Below are positions 8,998-18,067 of a DNA stretch of 33,752 nt, in pieces. The position numbers and the translations under genes were made by a program. Every line of letters starts with the position of its first letter. Position 1 is the first letter of the stretch. The notes beneath the pieces were generated by a model, which was not told where the DNA came from, made no database searches, and worked only from the letters and a program-made list of their open reading frames with translations. Origin of the DNA: an uncultured Gammaproteobacteria bacterium (GTDB lineage: Bacteria; Patescibacteriota; Patescibacteriia; UBA2591; UBA6264); the NCBI GenBank assembly GCA_964576065.1, contig CAZNTW010000003.1, forward strand, positions 1 through 33,752, read 5' to 3'.

Positions 8998-9052
8998 AAT
9001 GATATATTAAAAAAACCAGAGACTTAATTGTTTCTGATTTTTTATTTTTTAA

Positions 9053-10618
9053 CTAATAATATTTTATCTGCTCAGCTTGTTGATAATATTCCTGGGCTTT
9101 TTCTATTTCATTATTTTGTTTATAAATCGCTCCCAGGGCCTGATAAGAAAAAAAGAAATTCTTATTTATTTCTATGCTTTTTAGCAGTTGTTCTACGGCT
9201 TTTTTCTCGCGATTTGTTTTTAGATACAACATAGCTAAATTATAATGAGTTTGAGCATAAATATCGCTTATTTCAATTGCTTTCAAATAATGTTTTTCCG
9301 CTTTAATTAAATCATTTTCATCAACATAAGCCATAGCTAGATTGTTATGCACTCTGGCCGTACCTGAGGCATATTTTAAAATATTATTATAAAAAATAAT
9401 TGGATTACGCCAATCGCGGTTCCTAAATAAATTTAATGATATTAAAATTGCGGCCATAATTATTAAAATGGAAATGATTATTGGTTTAATTTTCGATATT
9501 CTCTTCCAAAGATATCTAAGTCCGACAGCTAAACAAAGAAATAGTCCGATAGAAGTAAAATAAAGCCAATGTTCAAGCAAAAAGGAATTAACCGGAATAA
9601 GGCCGCTCATTGGAACAAATCCGATAAAAAACCAGCCTAAACCAAAACTTAATAAGGGGGTAGCTTTTTGTTTTAATTCACGAATGATAACGATGATAAA
9701 AATTAAAATAATAATTATCGAAACCAATGGTTGCCAAGAAAGGGGATTGGTAAAAATCGGAAAATCGCGTTCCATGTGCAGATTAACGGGCCAAAAAATA
9801 AAGGAATAATACATTATTAAAGAAGACAAAAAAGTAATAATTCTGATTGAAAGATGGTCGGTATAAACATTTGAATCTTCGTAAATATTAAGGGTATTTA
9901 TAAAATTCAGGACAGTTAAACGAAGAATGAAATAAACCATTGAAATGATTAAAAAAGGAATAACGAAACGACAATTTAATATCTTTTGTTGTTTATCAGA
10001 AAAAAGTAATTCATAAAGAATGATTAATCCGGGAAAAATTATCATTGTCTCTTTTGATAAAAGTGCTAAAATAAAAGTAAGAATTGAAAAAGAAAGGATT
10101 ATCCAATTCTTGTTTTTTTTGAATAAAAAATACAGCAAGAATGATATTAAAGCAAAAAAAACGCTTAAAGGATCAGCTGTTCCGCTCATATAAGTGATTG
10201 CCTCTGTGTGAACGGGGTGAATGACCCAAAAAAATGAAACTAATGCGGCTAGATAGTCGTTTTTCGAGATTTTTTTTAACAGCAAAAAGATTAAAATTGC
10301 ATTGCTTAAGTGAAGTAAAACGTTTAAAAATAGATAACCGAACGGATTTAGTTTAAAAAAAGAATAAATCAAAGTGTAAAAAAGTGTTTGCATCGGACGA
10401 TAAAAATTATCTAGACGCCCGGCACCGGCTCCGCTACAAGTAGTGAAAATTTTCGGTAGATTCTCCCAACTTCTAATAAAAATATTGTTTTGAATCAGAA
10501 ATTCATCATCCCAGAGAAATTCGTGTGAATAAATGTTCAGATAAGCGAAAAAACTGCCCAAAACGACTATCAGAACGAGGATTAATGGTTTATATTTGAC
10601 GAATAATTCTTTAAACAT
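9053..10618 (-). CDS. polytopic membrane protein with C-terminal TPR repeats (TMTC/PMT-like GT-C glycosyltransferase candidate)
   Basis: 521 aa with about 11-13 hydrophobic helices. FLWDDEFLIQNN acidic motif in the first outside loop. Three C-terminal TPR units (NLAMAYVDENDLIKAEKHYLKAIEI...). Confidence 0.6.
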   Translation of the reverse strand: MFKELFVKYKPLILVLIVVLGSFFAYLNIYSHEFLWDDEFLIQNNIFIRSWENLPKIFTTCSGAGAGRLDNFYRPMQTLFYTLIYSFFKLNPFGYLFLNVLLHLSNAILIFLLLKKISKNDYLAALVSFFWVIHPVHTEAITYMSGTADPLSVFFALISFLLYFLFKKNKNWIILSFSILTFILALLSKETMIIFPGLIILYELLFSDKQQKILNCRFVIPFLIISMVYFILRLTVLNFINTLNIYEDSNVYTDHLSIRIITFLSSLIMYYSFIFWPVNLHMERDFPIFTNPLSWQPLVSIIIILIFIIVIIRELKQKATPLLSFGLGWFFIGFVPMSGLIPVNSFLLEHWLYFTSIGLFLCLAVGLRYLWKRISKIKPIIISILIIMAAILISLNLFRNRDWRNPIIFYNNILKYASGTARVHNNLAMAYVDENDLIKAEKHYLKAIEISDIYAQTHYNLAMLYLKTNREKKAVEQLLKSIEINKNFFFSYQALGAIYKQNNEIEKAQEYYQQAEQIKYY

Positions 10619-10659
10619 AGCTAAAAATTAGCATAAATTGCGAAATTGTAAATAAGCAG

Positions 10660-11913
10660 ATGATATTTTTTAAAAAAAGAAAGGGAAAAAAGCTTAAAAA
10701 AATAAAATTGTTCGTTTTTTTATTTTTAATAATTATCGCCATAATTTGGTTGTTTCCTTTGGCTAATCGATCAAATAAGAATAGTTCAGAGGTAAAAAAT
10801 AAAGAATTAAAAATCGATTCTTCTCCTAAATTTGAAGTAAATGAACATATTATAGGAGGTGATGAAGTTTTTTATAAATTAAATACAGCCTTAGGTTTGA
10901 GTGTTCAAGAATTGGAAACAATTTTACGGGCATCCGTTGACACTTACGACTTAAGTCAAATAAAAGCCGGAAATAAAATCAAGGCTTTATTTGACTATGA
11001 AACCAAAAAATTTAAAAGAATTGAATACGAGATTGACGCCGACAATCTTCTGGTAGTTAAAAAAATGTCCGATGAGACATTAAAAGCTTATAAAAAAGCG
11101 ATTGAATATGAAATACAATTAATTCAAGTTGCCGGAAAAGTTGAAAGCAGTTTATATCAGACGGGCCAAAAAATTGGCTTACCTGATAAAATTATTATGG
11201 AAATGGCTGATGTTTTTGCTTGGGACGTTGATTTTGTCTTTGATGTCAGAGAGGGGGACAAATTTAAAATTGTTTACGAAAAAAAATATTTGGACGGAAA
11301 AGAGGCCGGGTTGGGTAAAATTTTAGCCGCTAATTATCAAAATCAAGATAAAATTTTTTGGGCAATTTATTATAAAGATCAAGAGGGAAGGGGGGACTAT
11401 TATAGCCTTGACGGTAAATGTTTAAGAAGGCAATTTTTAAAAGCGCCCCTAAGTTATAGATATATAAGTTCAGGATATACACTAAAAAGATATCATCCAG
11501 TTTGGAAAATTTATACCACGCATAAATCGGTTGATTATGCCGCAGCTTGCGGCACCCCTATTTCAGCCTCTGGAGCGGGCGCAGTTGTTTCAATCGGTTG
11601 GAATAATGTTTACGGAAAAACAATAACTATTCGACATAATAACGTCTACAGTACCCGTTATGGACATTTATCATCTTACGCTAAAGGAATGAAATATGGC
11701 GCGAAAGTAACACAAGGAATGATTATCGGTTATGTTGGGACAACCGGCGCTTCTACTGGCTGCCATTTGGATTATGGTATGAGTAAATACGGTAATTTTA
11801 TTAATCCTCTAACTCAAAACTTCGAGCGATCAGATTCGGTTAAAAGCCCTTATTTCGGAAATTTTGAATTTACAAAAGATATCTTAATAAGATTATTGAA
11901 CGAAATAGAATAA
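10660..11913 (+). CDS. M23 family metallopeptidase (peptidoglycan DD-endopeptidase-like) with N-terminal TM anchor
   Basis: 417 aa. HKSVDYAA (HxxxD), GYVGTTGASTG, CHLDYG in place of the usual HLHFE (HxH to HxD). Confidence 0.8.
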   Translation: MIFFKKRKGKKLKKIKLFVFLFLIIIAIIWLFPLANRSNKNSSEVKNKELKIDSSPKFEVNEHIIGGDEVFYKLNTALGLSVQELETILRASVDTYDLSQIKAGNKIKALFDYETKKFKRIEYEIDADNLLVVKKMSDETLKAYKKAIEYEIQLIQVAGKVESSLYQTGQKIGLPDKIIMEMADVFAWDVDFVFDVREGDKFKIVYEKKYLDGKEAGLGKILAANYQNQDKIFWAIYYKDQEGRGDYYSLDGKCLRRQFLKAPLSYRYISSGYTLKRYHPVWKIYTTHKSVDYAAACGTPISASGAGAVVSIGWNNVYGKTITIRHNNVYSTRYGHLSSYAKGMKYGAKVTQGMIIGYVGTTGASTGCHLDYGMSKYGNFINPLTQNFERSDSVKSPYFGNFEFTKDILIRLLNEIE

Positions 11914-11990
11914 AAACCCATAAGGACTTGCTAATAGTAATAAATAAGGTTATAATATCAGTATTAACTAATAAATTAATCAAAAAAACT

Positions 11991-12146
11991 ATGGAAGGTT
12001 ATTGCGTTAAATGTAAAGCTAAAAGAGAAATGAAAGACGCTAAAGAAGTGTCAATGAAAGGAAAGGGTGGCGTTGTTCGCAGAGCTATGACCGGCGTCTG
12101 TCCAAAATGCGGAACAAAGATGTTTCGAATTTTGGGAAAAGCTTAA
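11991..12146 (+). CDS. DUF5679-like zinc-ribbon miniprotein
   Basis: MEGYCVKCKAKREMKDAKEVSMK...GVCPKCGTKMFRILGK has two CxxC pairs. ATG at 11991 is preferred over the TTG at 11928 given in the ORF track. Confidence 0.6.
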   Translation: MEGYCVKCKAKREMKDAKEVSMKGKGGVVRRAMTGVCPKCGTKMFRILGKA

Positions 12147-12166
12147 AATTAAAATAGCAAAAAATT

Positions 12167-12210
12167 AGCTAAATTTTCCCTGTCTTATGTTAGGGGAAAT
12201 TTTAGCTTTT
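12167..12210 (+). terminator. intrinsic terminator
   Basis: AGCTAAATTTTCCC (12167-12180) pairs with GGGAAATTTTAGCT (12194-12207) with one mismatch, followed by TTTT. Confidence 0.55.
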
Positions 12211-12222
12211 AATTAAGTTATC

Positions 12223-13944
12223 ATGGACAACAAAACAGTGGCAGGAATTTTGAATCAAATAGCAGATATTTTAGAGATTAAACAAGAAAATAAATTTAAA
12301 ATTATTGCTTATCGTCACGCAGCCCAAATAATTGAAAATTTACCAGAAGATTTAAAGACGACAATTCAAAAGGGGAAATTAAGAGAAATTGGCGGAATAG
12401 GAGAGGTAATTGCTTCTTGTCTCGAAGAGTTGATAAAAACCAACGTTTGTAAACATTGGGAAAAGATAAAAAAACAAATTCCGCGCGGAGTTTTGAATTT
12501 ATTAAATCTTAGCGGATTAGGGCCGAGAAAAGTAGGATTTTTTTATCAAAAGTTTGATATAGATTCGATGCCGAAATTGAAAAAGCTCGCAAAATCGCAT
12601 CGCTTACTTAAAATAAAGGGTTGGGGAGAAAAAAGCGAGAAAAATATTTTAAGAGCTATAGAAATGTATGAACAAAATCAGGGACGATTTTTGTTGGGTG
12701 AAATCTATCCCTTAGCCCAAACAATTGTTGAAAAATTAAAAAAAATAAAATCAATCAATCAAATTGAAATTTGTGGATCTTTTCGGCGCTGGAAAGAGAC
12801 AGTCGGCGATTTAGATATTTTAATTACTTCAAAGAATCCAGTTGAAGCGACAAATTTTTTTACGACACTTGATTTGGTTAAAAAAATAATAGTTTGCGGA
12901 CCAACTAAATCGCAAGTAGTTTTAAAAAATGGCATAAAAGCCGACCTGAGGGTGGTTAGTCAAAATAGTTTTGGGGCCGCGCTCCATTATTTTACCGGAT
13001 CAAAAAATCATAATATTCAAATTAGAAAATTAGCCTTGGGAAAAAAATTAAAAATTAACGAATATGGAGTTTTTAAAAAAAATGGGAAAAAATTCATTAA
13101 AATTGGAGGAGAGAAAGAAAAAGACGTTTTTCAAGCTGTCGGATTACCCTGGATTCCGCCCGAACTGAGAGAGGACAGTGGAGAGATAAAAGCCGCCCAA
13201 GACAAAAGTTTGCCAAATTTAATTTCTCTAAACGACATTCAAGGAGATTGTCATCTCCACACTAACTGGTCTGACGGAAAGAATAATATTTTGGAAACAA
13301 TAACTATGGCGCAAAAAAAAGGCTATAAATATATCGCCATTACCGACCACGCTTCGCCTCTGGTGGTTACAAATGGACTGAACAATCAGCGAGCCTTGAA
13401 ATATATTAGGGCCATAAAGGCGATTAGGAAAAAAGTTAAAGGAATTAAAATTTTAGTCGGCGTAGAAGTAGATATTAAAAAAAATGGAGATTTATACTTA
13501 CCAAATAAAATTTTAGAACAAATGGATTTGGTTATAGCTTCTATCCATTCGGGCTTTAAAATGGACAGACAAACAGCGACCCAAAGATTGATTAAAGCCA
13601 TAGAAAATCCCTATGTTAATATAATTGCCCATCCCACTGGACGAATAATAAACGAAAGAGATGGTTATCCGGTTGATTTTGATAAAATCTCAGAAAAGGC
13701 TAAAAAAAGTAAAGTTGCTCTTGAGATCAATGCTCACTGGCAACGACTTGACTTAGACGCAAATCAAGTTCGTTTAGCCAAAGAAAACGGAGTAAAAATG
13801 ATTATTTCCAGCGACGCCCATAATGTTAATTCTTTTGAGTCAATGAAATTCGGCGTAGCAGTGGCCAGAAAGGGTTGGTTGGAAAAGAACAACGTAATTA
13901 ACACCTGGCCGCTAAAGAATTTTTTGAATTTTATTAAAAAATAA
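12223..13944 (+). CDS. polX: family X DNA polymerase with C-terminal PHP phosphoesterase domain (PolX)
   Basis: 573 aa. HhH/8-kDa-like N-terminus, nucleotidyltransferase motif GSFRRWKETVGDLDILI, PHP motif GDCHLHTNWSDG and later histidine motifs (ASIHSG, IAHPTGR, SSDAH). Confidence 0.9.
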   Translation: MDNKTVAGILNQIADILEIKQENKFKIIAYRHAAQIIENLPEDLKTTIQKGKLREIGGIGEVIASCLEELIKTNVCKHWEKIKKQIPRGVLNLLNLSGLGPRKVGFFYQKFDIDSMPKLKKLAKSHRLLKIKGWGEKSEKNILRAIEMYEQNQGRFLLGEIYPLAQTIVEKLKKIKSINQIEICGSFRRWKETVGDLDILITSKNPVEATNFFTTLDLVKKIIVCGPTKSQVVLKNGIKADLRVVSQNSFGAALHYFTGSKNHNIQIRKLALGKKLKINEYGVFKKNGKKFIKIGGEKEKDVFQAVGLPWIPPELREDSGEIKAAQDKSLPNLISLNDIQGDCHLHTNWSDGKNNILETITMAQKKGYKYIAITDHASPLVVTNGLNNQRALKYIRAIKAIRKKVKGIKILVGVEVDIKKNGDLYLPNKILEQMDLVIASIHSGFKMDRQTATQRLIKAIENPYVNIIAHPTGRIINERDGYPVDFDKISEKAKKSKVALEINAHWQRLDLDANQVRLAKENGVKMIISSDAHNVNSFESMKFGVAVARKGWLEKNNVINTWPLKNFLNFIKK

Positions 13945-13972
13945 TTTTATTTTTAGATAGAATAAATTTAAT

Positions 13973-14902
13973 ATGTTCAGTAGAAACGGAAAAAGAGTTA
14001 TACGAAATAGCAATTTATCTCCACGAGATTGTTGTCCCAAGAGACGAGTTAATCTTTCAAGATCTCGTTTTATAGAAAGGCGCTTACGAAAAACAAGAAT
14101 ATCCTTAGCTATTTTTTTTTGTTTAATAGTTATTATTTTAGCAATTTATTTTCTTTTATCCTCCGACCATTTTCAAATTAAAAATAAAGATATCAATAAG
14201 ATAGGAGATTATGGTTTAATGTCAGAACAAGAGCTTGAGGAGAAAATAAACGTTTTTATTGGTGAAAAAAAATTTCTTTTTCCGATGGACAATTTATTAA
14301 CCGTAAAAATTAAATCGTTAAAAAAATATTTAGCAACCGATAAACGAATAGAATTACTGGAAATAACAAAAATTTTTCCTTCTACGCTATTGGTCAACTT
14401 TAAAGAAACTAAACCAGAGGCTATTTTATTAACGGCTGACAATAATAAAAATTATTTAGACTGTGACGGTCAGATAATTTATTCTTATTCAAAAGACACT
14501 GTCTTGAATGAAAAGAATCCCAATGATTCTGATTTTACGACACAAGAATCATTTTTATGGGAATTACCGATTTTAAACGATAAGACAAACGCTCTAATTA
14601 ACGACCAAAATTATCGCGATTTTCTCAAAAATCTCTTAGGTTTTATAGAAAATGACGTTTGGACTAAAAACGGCATTAAAGTAAATTTTGTTGAGTTAGC
14701 TGAACAGGGTGGTATTTTCGAAGCACAAGTTATCACTCAGGCTGGTTGGCGGGCGATAATTAATTCGGAAGTAAACCTTGAAAAACAAATCAATAATTTA
14801 GACGATATTTTAAAGAACAGGAAAGAGGAGTTTAATAATCTTGATTATATTATTTTAAAATTCGGTAAAGAAGTAGTATTAAAATATAAAAATACGGAAT
14901 AG
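13973..14902 (+). CDS. ftsQ: FtsQ/DivIB-like cell division protein (TM anchor plus POTRA)
   Basis: 309 aa. Basic N-terminus, single TM helix, POTRA-like I..I.....LLV.FKE..P.A.L segment (IFPSTLLVNFKETKPEAILL). Confidence 0.6.
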   Translation: MFSRNGKRVIRNSNLSPRDCCPKRRVNLSRSRFIERRLRKTRISLAIFFCLIVIILAIYFLLSSDHFQIKNKDINKIGDYGLMSEQELEEKINVFIGEKKFLFPMDNLLTVKIKSLKKYLATDKRIELLEITKIFPSTLLVNFKETKPEAILLTADNNKNYLDCDGQIIYSYSKDTVLNEKNPNDSDFTTQESFLWELPILNDKTNALINDQNYRDFLKNLLGFIENDVWTKNGIKVNFVELAEQGGIFEAQVITQAGWRAIINSEVNLEKQINNLDDILKNRKEEFNNLDYIILKFGKEVVLKYKNTE

Positions 14903-14937
14903 CGCAAGTAAACCTAAACCCAATTAAAATAATAGAT

Positions 14938-14970
14938 AAAACAGCTTTTAATAGCTGTTTTTGTTGTTTT
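14938..14970. terminator. bidirectional intrinsic terminator between convergent genes
   Basis: AAAACAGCT-TTTAAT-AGCTGTTTT hairpin with A tract upstream and T tract downstream. Confidence 0.7.
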
Positions 14971-15073
14971 GGTTTTATAATCTTATCAAGGGACGTAAAA
15001 GAGATCTTGTGCGAAGCATAATAGGCTTATTTTACCTCTATTCCCTTAAAACAATAAACCGCGTGATTAAATT

Positions 15074-15271
15074 TTAGATAGGTTTTAAAATTTCGGTCCA
15101 AATATTTAAATATTCATTTATAAATAAAAATCCTAAAACAAAAATTACCACAATGCTTATTGTTAAAAAAAACAAAGAAGCCGTTGGTGATAATTCTCTC
15201 TTCCACCACCCCGTCTTTTTGTTTGATGAATTGTCAAACGCGTTTCGTTGTTTTTGTTTATTGTCTAACAT
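15074..15271 (-). CDS. small single-pass membrane protein, unknown function
   Basis: 65-aa ORF starting 5 nt after the stop of the upstream M23 gene. One TM helix (LFFLTISIVVIFVLGFLFI). Confidence 0.4.
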   Translation of the reverse strand: MLDNKQKQRNAFDNSSNKKTGWWKRELSPTASLFFLTISIVVIFVLGFLFINEYLNIWTEILKPI

Positions 15272-15276
15272 AATAT

Positions 15277-16524
15277 TTATAATAAATACTCTTCTGGATT
15301 AACCGGAATGCCCTTCATTCTTACTTCAAAATGTAAGTGCGGGCCGGTTGAAAAATTCCCAGCACCAGATGTTCCTGGTAAACCGCCACTTTTGCCGATA
15401 ACTGATCCCCTTTTAACATATTCGCCCTCCTGAACTGAAATTTCGTTTAAATGACCATAAATAGTGGAAAACGTGTCGTTATGGATAATCATTATATAAC
15501 TGTATCCCAATCCGCCATTTTTGGCCCTAGCAACATAACCAGAGGCCGCTGCCCGAACATTAGTTTTTTGCGCCGCTCTTAAATCTATCCCCGAATGTTC
15601 GCCAATCCAACTACGATAAGGATAATCTGGATCGTGAAATGAACAGGTAATTCTTTCTAATGGCACTGGCCAAGAAAAAACAATATTTCCTTCCGCTTCC
15701 ATTGCTTCGGCTTGTTTTTCTTTTTCTTCAGAGATCTTTTTTCTTACTTCTTTTTCTAGAAAAGCAATATCGCTTTCCATTTCTTGTTGTTCGGTGATGG
15801 TTTCAGCTAACAAGCTTTGAAATTTCCATTCAGCCCCCTGTGTCTCCTCTAAAATTGTTTGATTGATTTGTTTTTCGGTCACCAATCTAGATTCGACGCT
15901 CTTTAGGTCGTTTTTTAAGCCTATTAATTCCTGTAATTTTATTCTTAAATTTTTTTCTTGCTCCTCTAGGCCACTTTTAATAACCTCTACCCTTTTAGCT
16001 GAATAGGATAATTTTTCTTGAAGGCTGGCCAAATAACGAGAGTGGTTTAAAATTTCCGAGAAAGAATTGTTGGCAAAAAATATTTCCAAATAATTTTTTT
16101 GGTCATATTGATTTATTTTTTGCAAGATACCTTTTAAATCGTTTTTTAACAAATCTATTTCTTCTTTTTTTTGAAGTATTTTCAATTGGATATTTCTAAT
16201 TGAAAGATTGGCTGACTTAATTTCTTCTTCTTTGGTTTTAATCTCCAGTTCTCTTTCACTGATTTGATCACTTAGAATAGACAGTTGATTTTTTAATGTT
16301 GCCGCTTCTTTTCTTTTTAAATCTATTTTTTCGCGATAAACCTCTTCTTGATTTTTTAGTTCTTTAATTGATTTTTGCTGTTCATCAATTTGTTTTTGAA
16401 TTTTATCTATTTCTTCGGAATAATCAACCGTTATGGCCATAACTTGTCCAGAAATAAAAAAGAAAAAAGAAAAAAGAAAAAATATTGCCGATTTTTTTAT
16501 ATAATTTATTGTTGTTTCTGTCAT
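15277..16524 (-). CDS. coiled-coil M23 peptidase (EnvC-like architecture, catalytic residues retained)
   Basis: 415 aa. Signal/TM, ~250-aa heptad-rich K/E/Q region, then HSGIDLRA (HxxxD) and GPHLHFEV (HxH). Confidence 0.85.
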   Translation of the reverse strand: MTETTINYIKKSAIFFLFSFFFFISGQVMAITVDYSEEIDKIQKQIDEQQKSIKELKNQEEVYREKIDLKRKEAATLKNQLSILSDQISERELEIKTKEEEIKSANLSIRNIQLKILQKKEEIDLLKNDLKGILQKINQYDQKNYLEIFFANNSFSEILNHSRYLASLQEKLSYSAKRVEVIKSGLEEQEKNLRIKLQELIGLKNDLKSVESRLVTEKQINQTILEETQGAEWKFQSLLAETITEQQEMESDIAFLEKEVRKKISEEKEKQAEAMEAEGNIVFSWPVPLERITCSFHDPDYPYRSWIGEHSGIDLRAAQKTNVRAAASGYVARAKNGGLGYSYIMIIHNDTFSTIYGHLNEISVQEGEYVKRGSVIGKSGGLPGTSGAGNFSTGPHLHFEVRMKGIPVNPEEYLL

Positions 16525-16558
16525 AATTTCTTTGAATTTTGATTTTTAACGTAATCCC

Positions 16559-17476
16559 CTATTTTGTGCTTTCTATCCTTTCCCAAATTGAATCAAATTC
16601 GTATTTTTTTATTTTTATAAGCCAGAGAATTTTAATCCACAAGTAAATTCTAGCGCAATAAAGCAAAATCGTCCACCAAAATTCTTTTACACTTTTGGGA
16701 TAAATAAAAAACATTTGAATTCCACCAGACACTTCTTGTAAAAAATTTCTTAATTTTTTTGTATCGCCTATCTGATTTTTTGACTTTTGTGTCGTTGTTT
16801 TATATTTTGATTTTCCAATTTTAAATTTCTGTACGTATCCACCGGTAGAGCGAACCTTTTGTTTTAGCCAATCCTTGAGGTTATTTGGATATTTGACATA
16901 TACCTCGGCTCTTGGCTCATAAACGATTTTAAGGCCCTTTTCTTTGATTATTTGGGTTATTAGCCCGTCTTCCGATAAAGAATTTTCCGGAATTCCCTTA
17001 ATTAAGTTGCGAAAACCGTACAAATAGCCGGAGCAAGAGAAATTCTTTTTTTTAAGTCTCATTTGGTGAGCGGCTTGAGTTAAAAAACAAGACCAATATC
17101 CGAATAAATTATCGCGCGAATTAATGCTTATTGGCTGGCCGGTTACTGCGCCAATATTTTGATCATTAAAACGTCTTAACAATAAATCTACGGCTGAATC
17201 CCCTATTTTAACATCACCGTCGGTTAAAATAAGAATATCTCCCTTTGCTTGATTAATGGCTAAATTGATTGCCGTTGGTTTTCCTCGTCCGCAATCTTTT
17301 AAATATTTTATAAATTCATTATTTTCCGAAAATTTTTTGACCGTTTCTTGGGTTTCTCTGTCTGGACCGATTACTAAAATTTCAAACTCTTGGTTTATTT
17401 TTTGATCCAAAATCGCTTGAATTGCCAAAGATAACGTTTTTGGTTCTTTTTTGGTGGTAATAATTATAGAAACCAT
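16559..17476 (-). CDS. family 2 glycosyltransferase with C-terminal membrane segment
   Basis: 305 aa. VSIIITTKKEP, LILTDGDV (DxD), QKVRSTGG region, C-terminal hydrophobic helix. Confidence 0.8.
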   Translation of the reverse strand: MVSIIITTKKEPKTLSLAIQAILDQKINQEFEILVIGPDRETQETVKKFSENNEFIKYLKDCGRGKPTAINLAINQAKGDILILTDGDVKIGDSAVDLLLRRFNDQNIGAVTGQPISINSRDNLFGYWSCFLTQAAHQMRLKKKNFSCSGYLYGFRNLIKGIPENSLSEDGLITQIIKEKGLKIVYEPRAEVYVKYPNNLKDWLKQKVRSTGGYVQKFKIGKSKYKTTTQKSKNQIGDTKKLRNFLQEVSGGIQMFFIYPKSVKEFWWTILLYCARIYLWIKILWLIKIKKYEFDSIWERIESTK

Positions 17477-17485
17477 AAAAAATAT

Positions 17486-18037
17486 TTATAAAGTATACTT
17501 TTGTAAAATTGTATAGATTGGTCCGGCTCTTTTTAACTCGCTTTTCATTAAATCAATCGATTCAACGATAAAAGTGATTTTCCCCCCGTATTTACCGATT
17601 AAATTTTTTGGCAAAACTATTTTTCCTTCAGCTCGTCCAAAAGTTAAGTGTGGTTGCCATTCGCGCTGATCTGTTTTTATGCCAATTCGATCCAATTTCT
17701 GACTAAAATATTTTTGCCAATTGCTTAAAGTATTTTGCCTTTCTTTTCCTCTGAGAAAAAAGACTTTTGGCGCGTGAATATTAGGGAAAACACCAAAACC
17801 ACTTATTTTAATGTTTGTTCTAGGTAAATCTTTGGTCCAACGATTTAAAAATTCTTGAGTCTTTTTAATTTGAATATCGTTCAAATATCCTAAAAAATGC
17901 AAAGTAAAATGAAAATTCTGCGGTTCAACCCACCTGACCTCGCCGTTAATTTGAGTTTTTATCTCTTCTGTTAATTCTTGTACTTGTTTTTTTGTCTTTG
18001 GTGGCAAATTTATGGCGATAAAAGCCCTTGTTTTCAT
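17486..18037 (-). CDS. thpR: RNA 2',3'-cyclic phosphodiesterase (ThpR/LigT, 2H phosphoesterase)
   Basis: 183 aa with the two HxT/S motifs HFTLHFLG and PHLTFGR. Confidence 0.8.
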   Translation of the reverse strand: MKTRAFIAINLPPKTKKQVQELTEEIKTQINGEVRWVEPQNFHFTLHFLGYLNDIQIKKTQEFLNRWTKDLPRTNIKISGFGVFPNIHAPKVFFLRGKERQNTLSNWQKYFSQKLDRIGIKTDQREWQPHLTFGRAEGKIVLPKNLIGKYGGKITFIVESIDLMKSELKRAGPIYTILQKYTL

Positions 18038-18043
18038 GTTTAC

Positions 18044-18052
18044 ATTATAACA
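18044..18052 (-). promoter_or_regulatory. extended -10 promoter (TGtTATAAT) placed 6 nt upstream of the thpR ATG
   Basis: Minus strand reads gTGtTATAATgtaaacATG. Confidence 0.4.
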
Positions 18053-18067
18053 CTTTAATAAATAAAT

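Noticed and set aside
9028-9234. 68-aa plus-strand ORF downstream of the GT2 gene
   Set aside because: It overlaps the 3' end (TPR region) of the well-supported 521-aa minus-strand gene and begins inside the terminator hairpin of the GT2 gene.
11928-11990. TTG-initiated N-terminal extension of the zinc-ribbon miniprotein (ORF track start 11928)
   Set aside because: The extension (LIVINKVIISVLTNKLIKKT) is translated AT-rich promoter-like sequence. The ATG at 11991 gives the compact CxxC...CxxC protein typical of the family.
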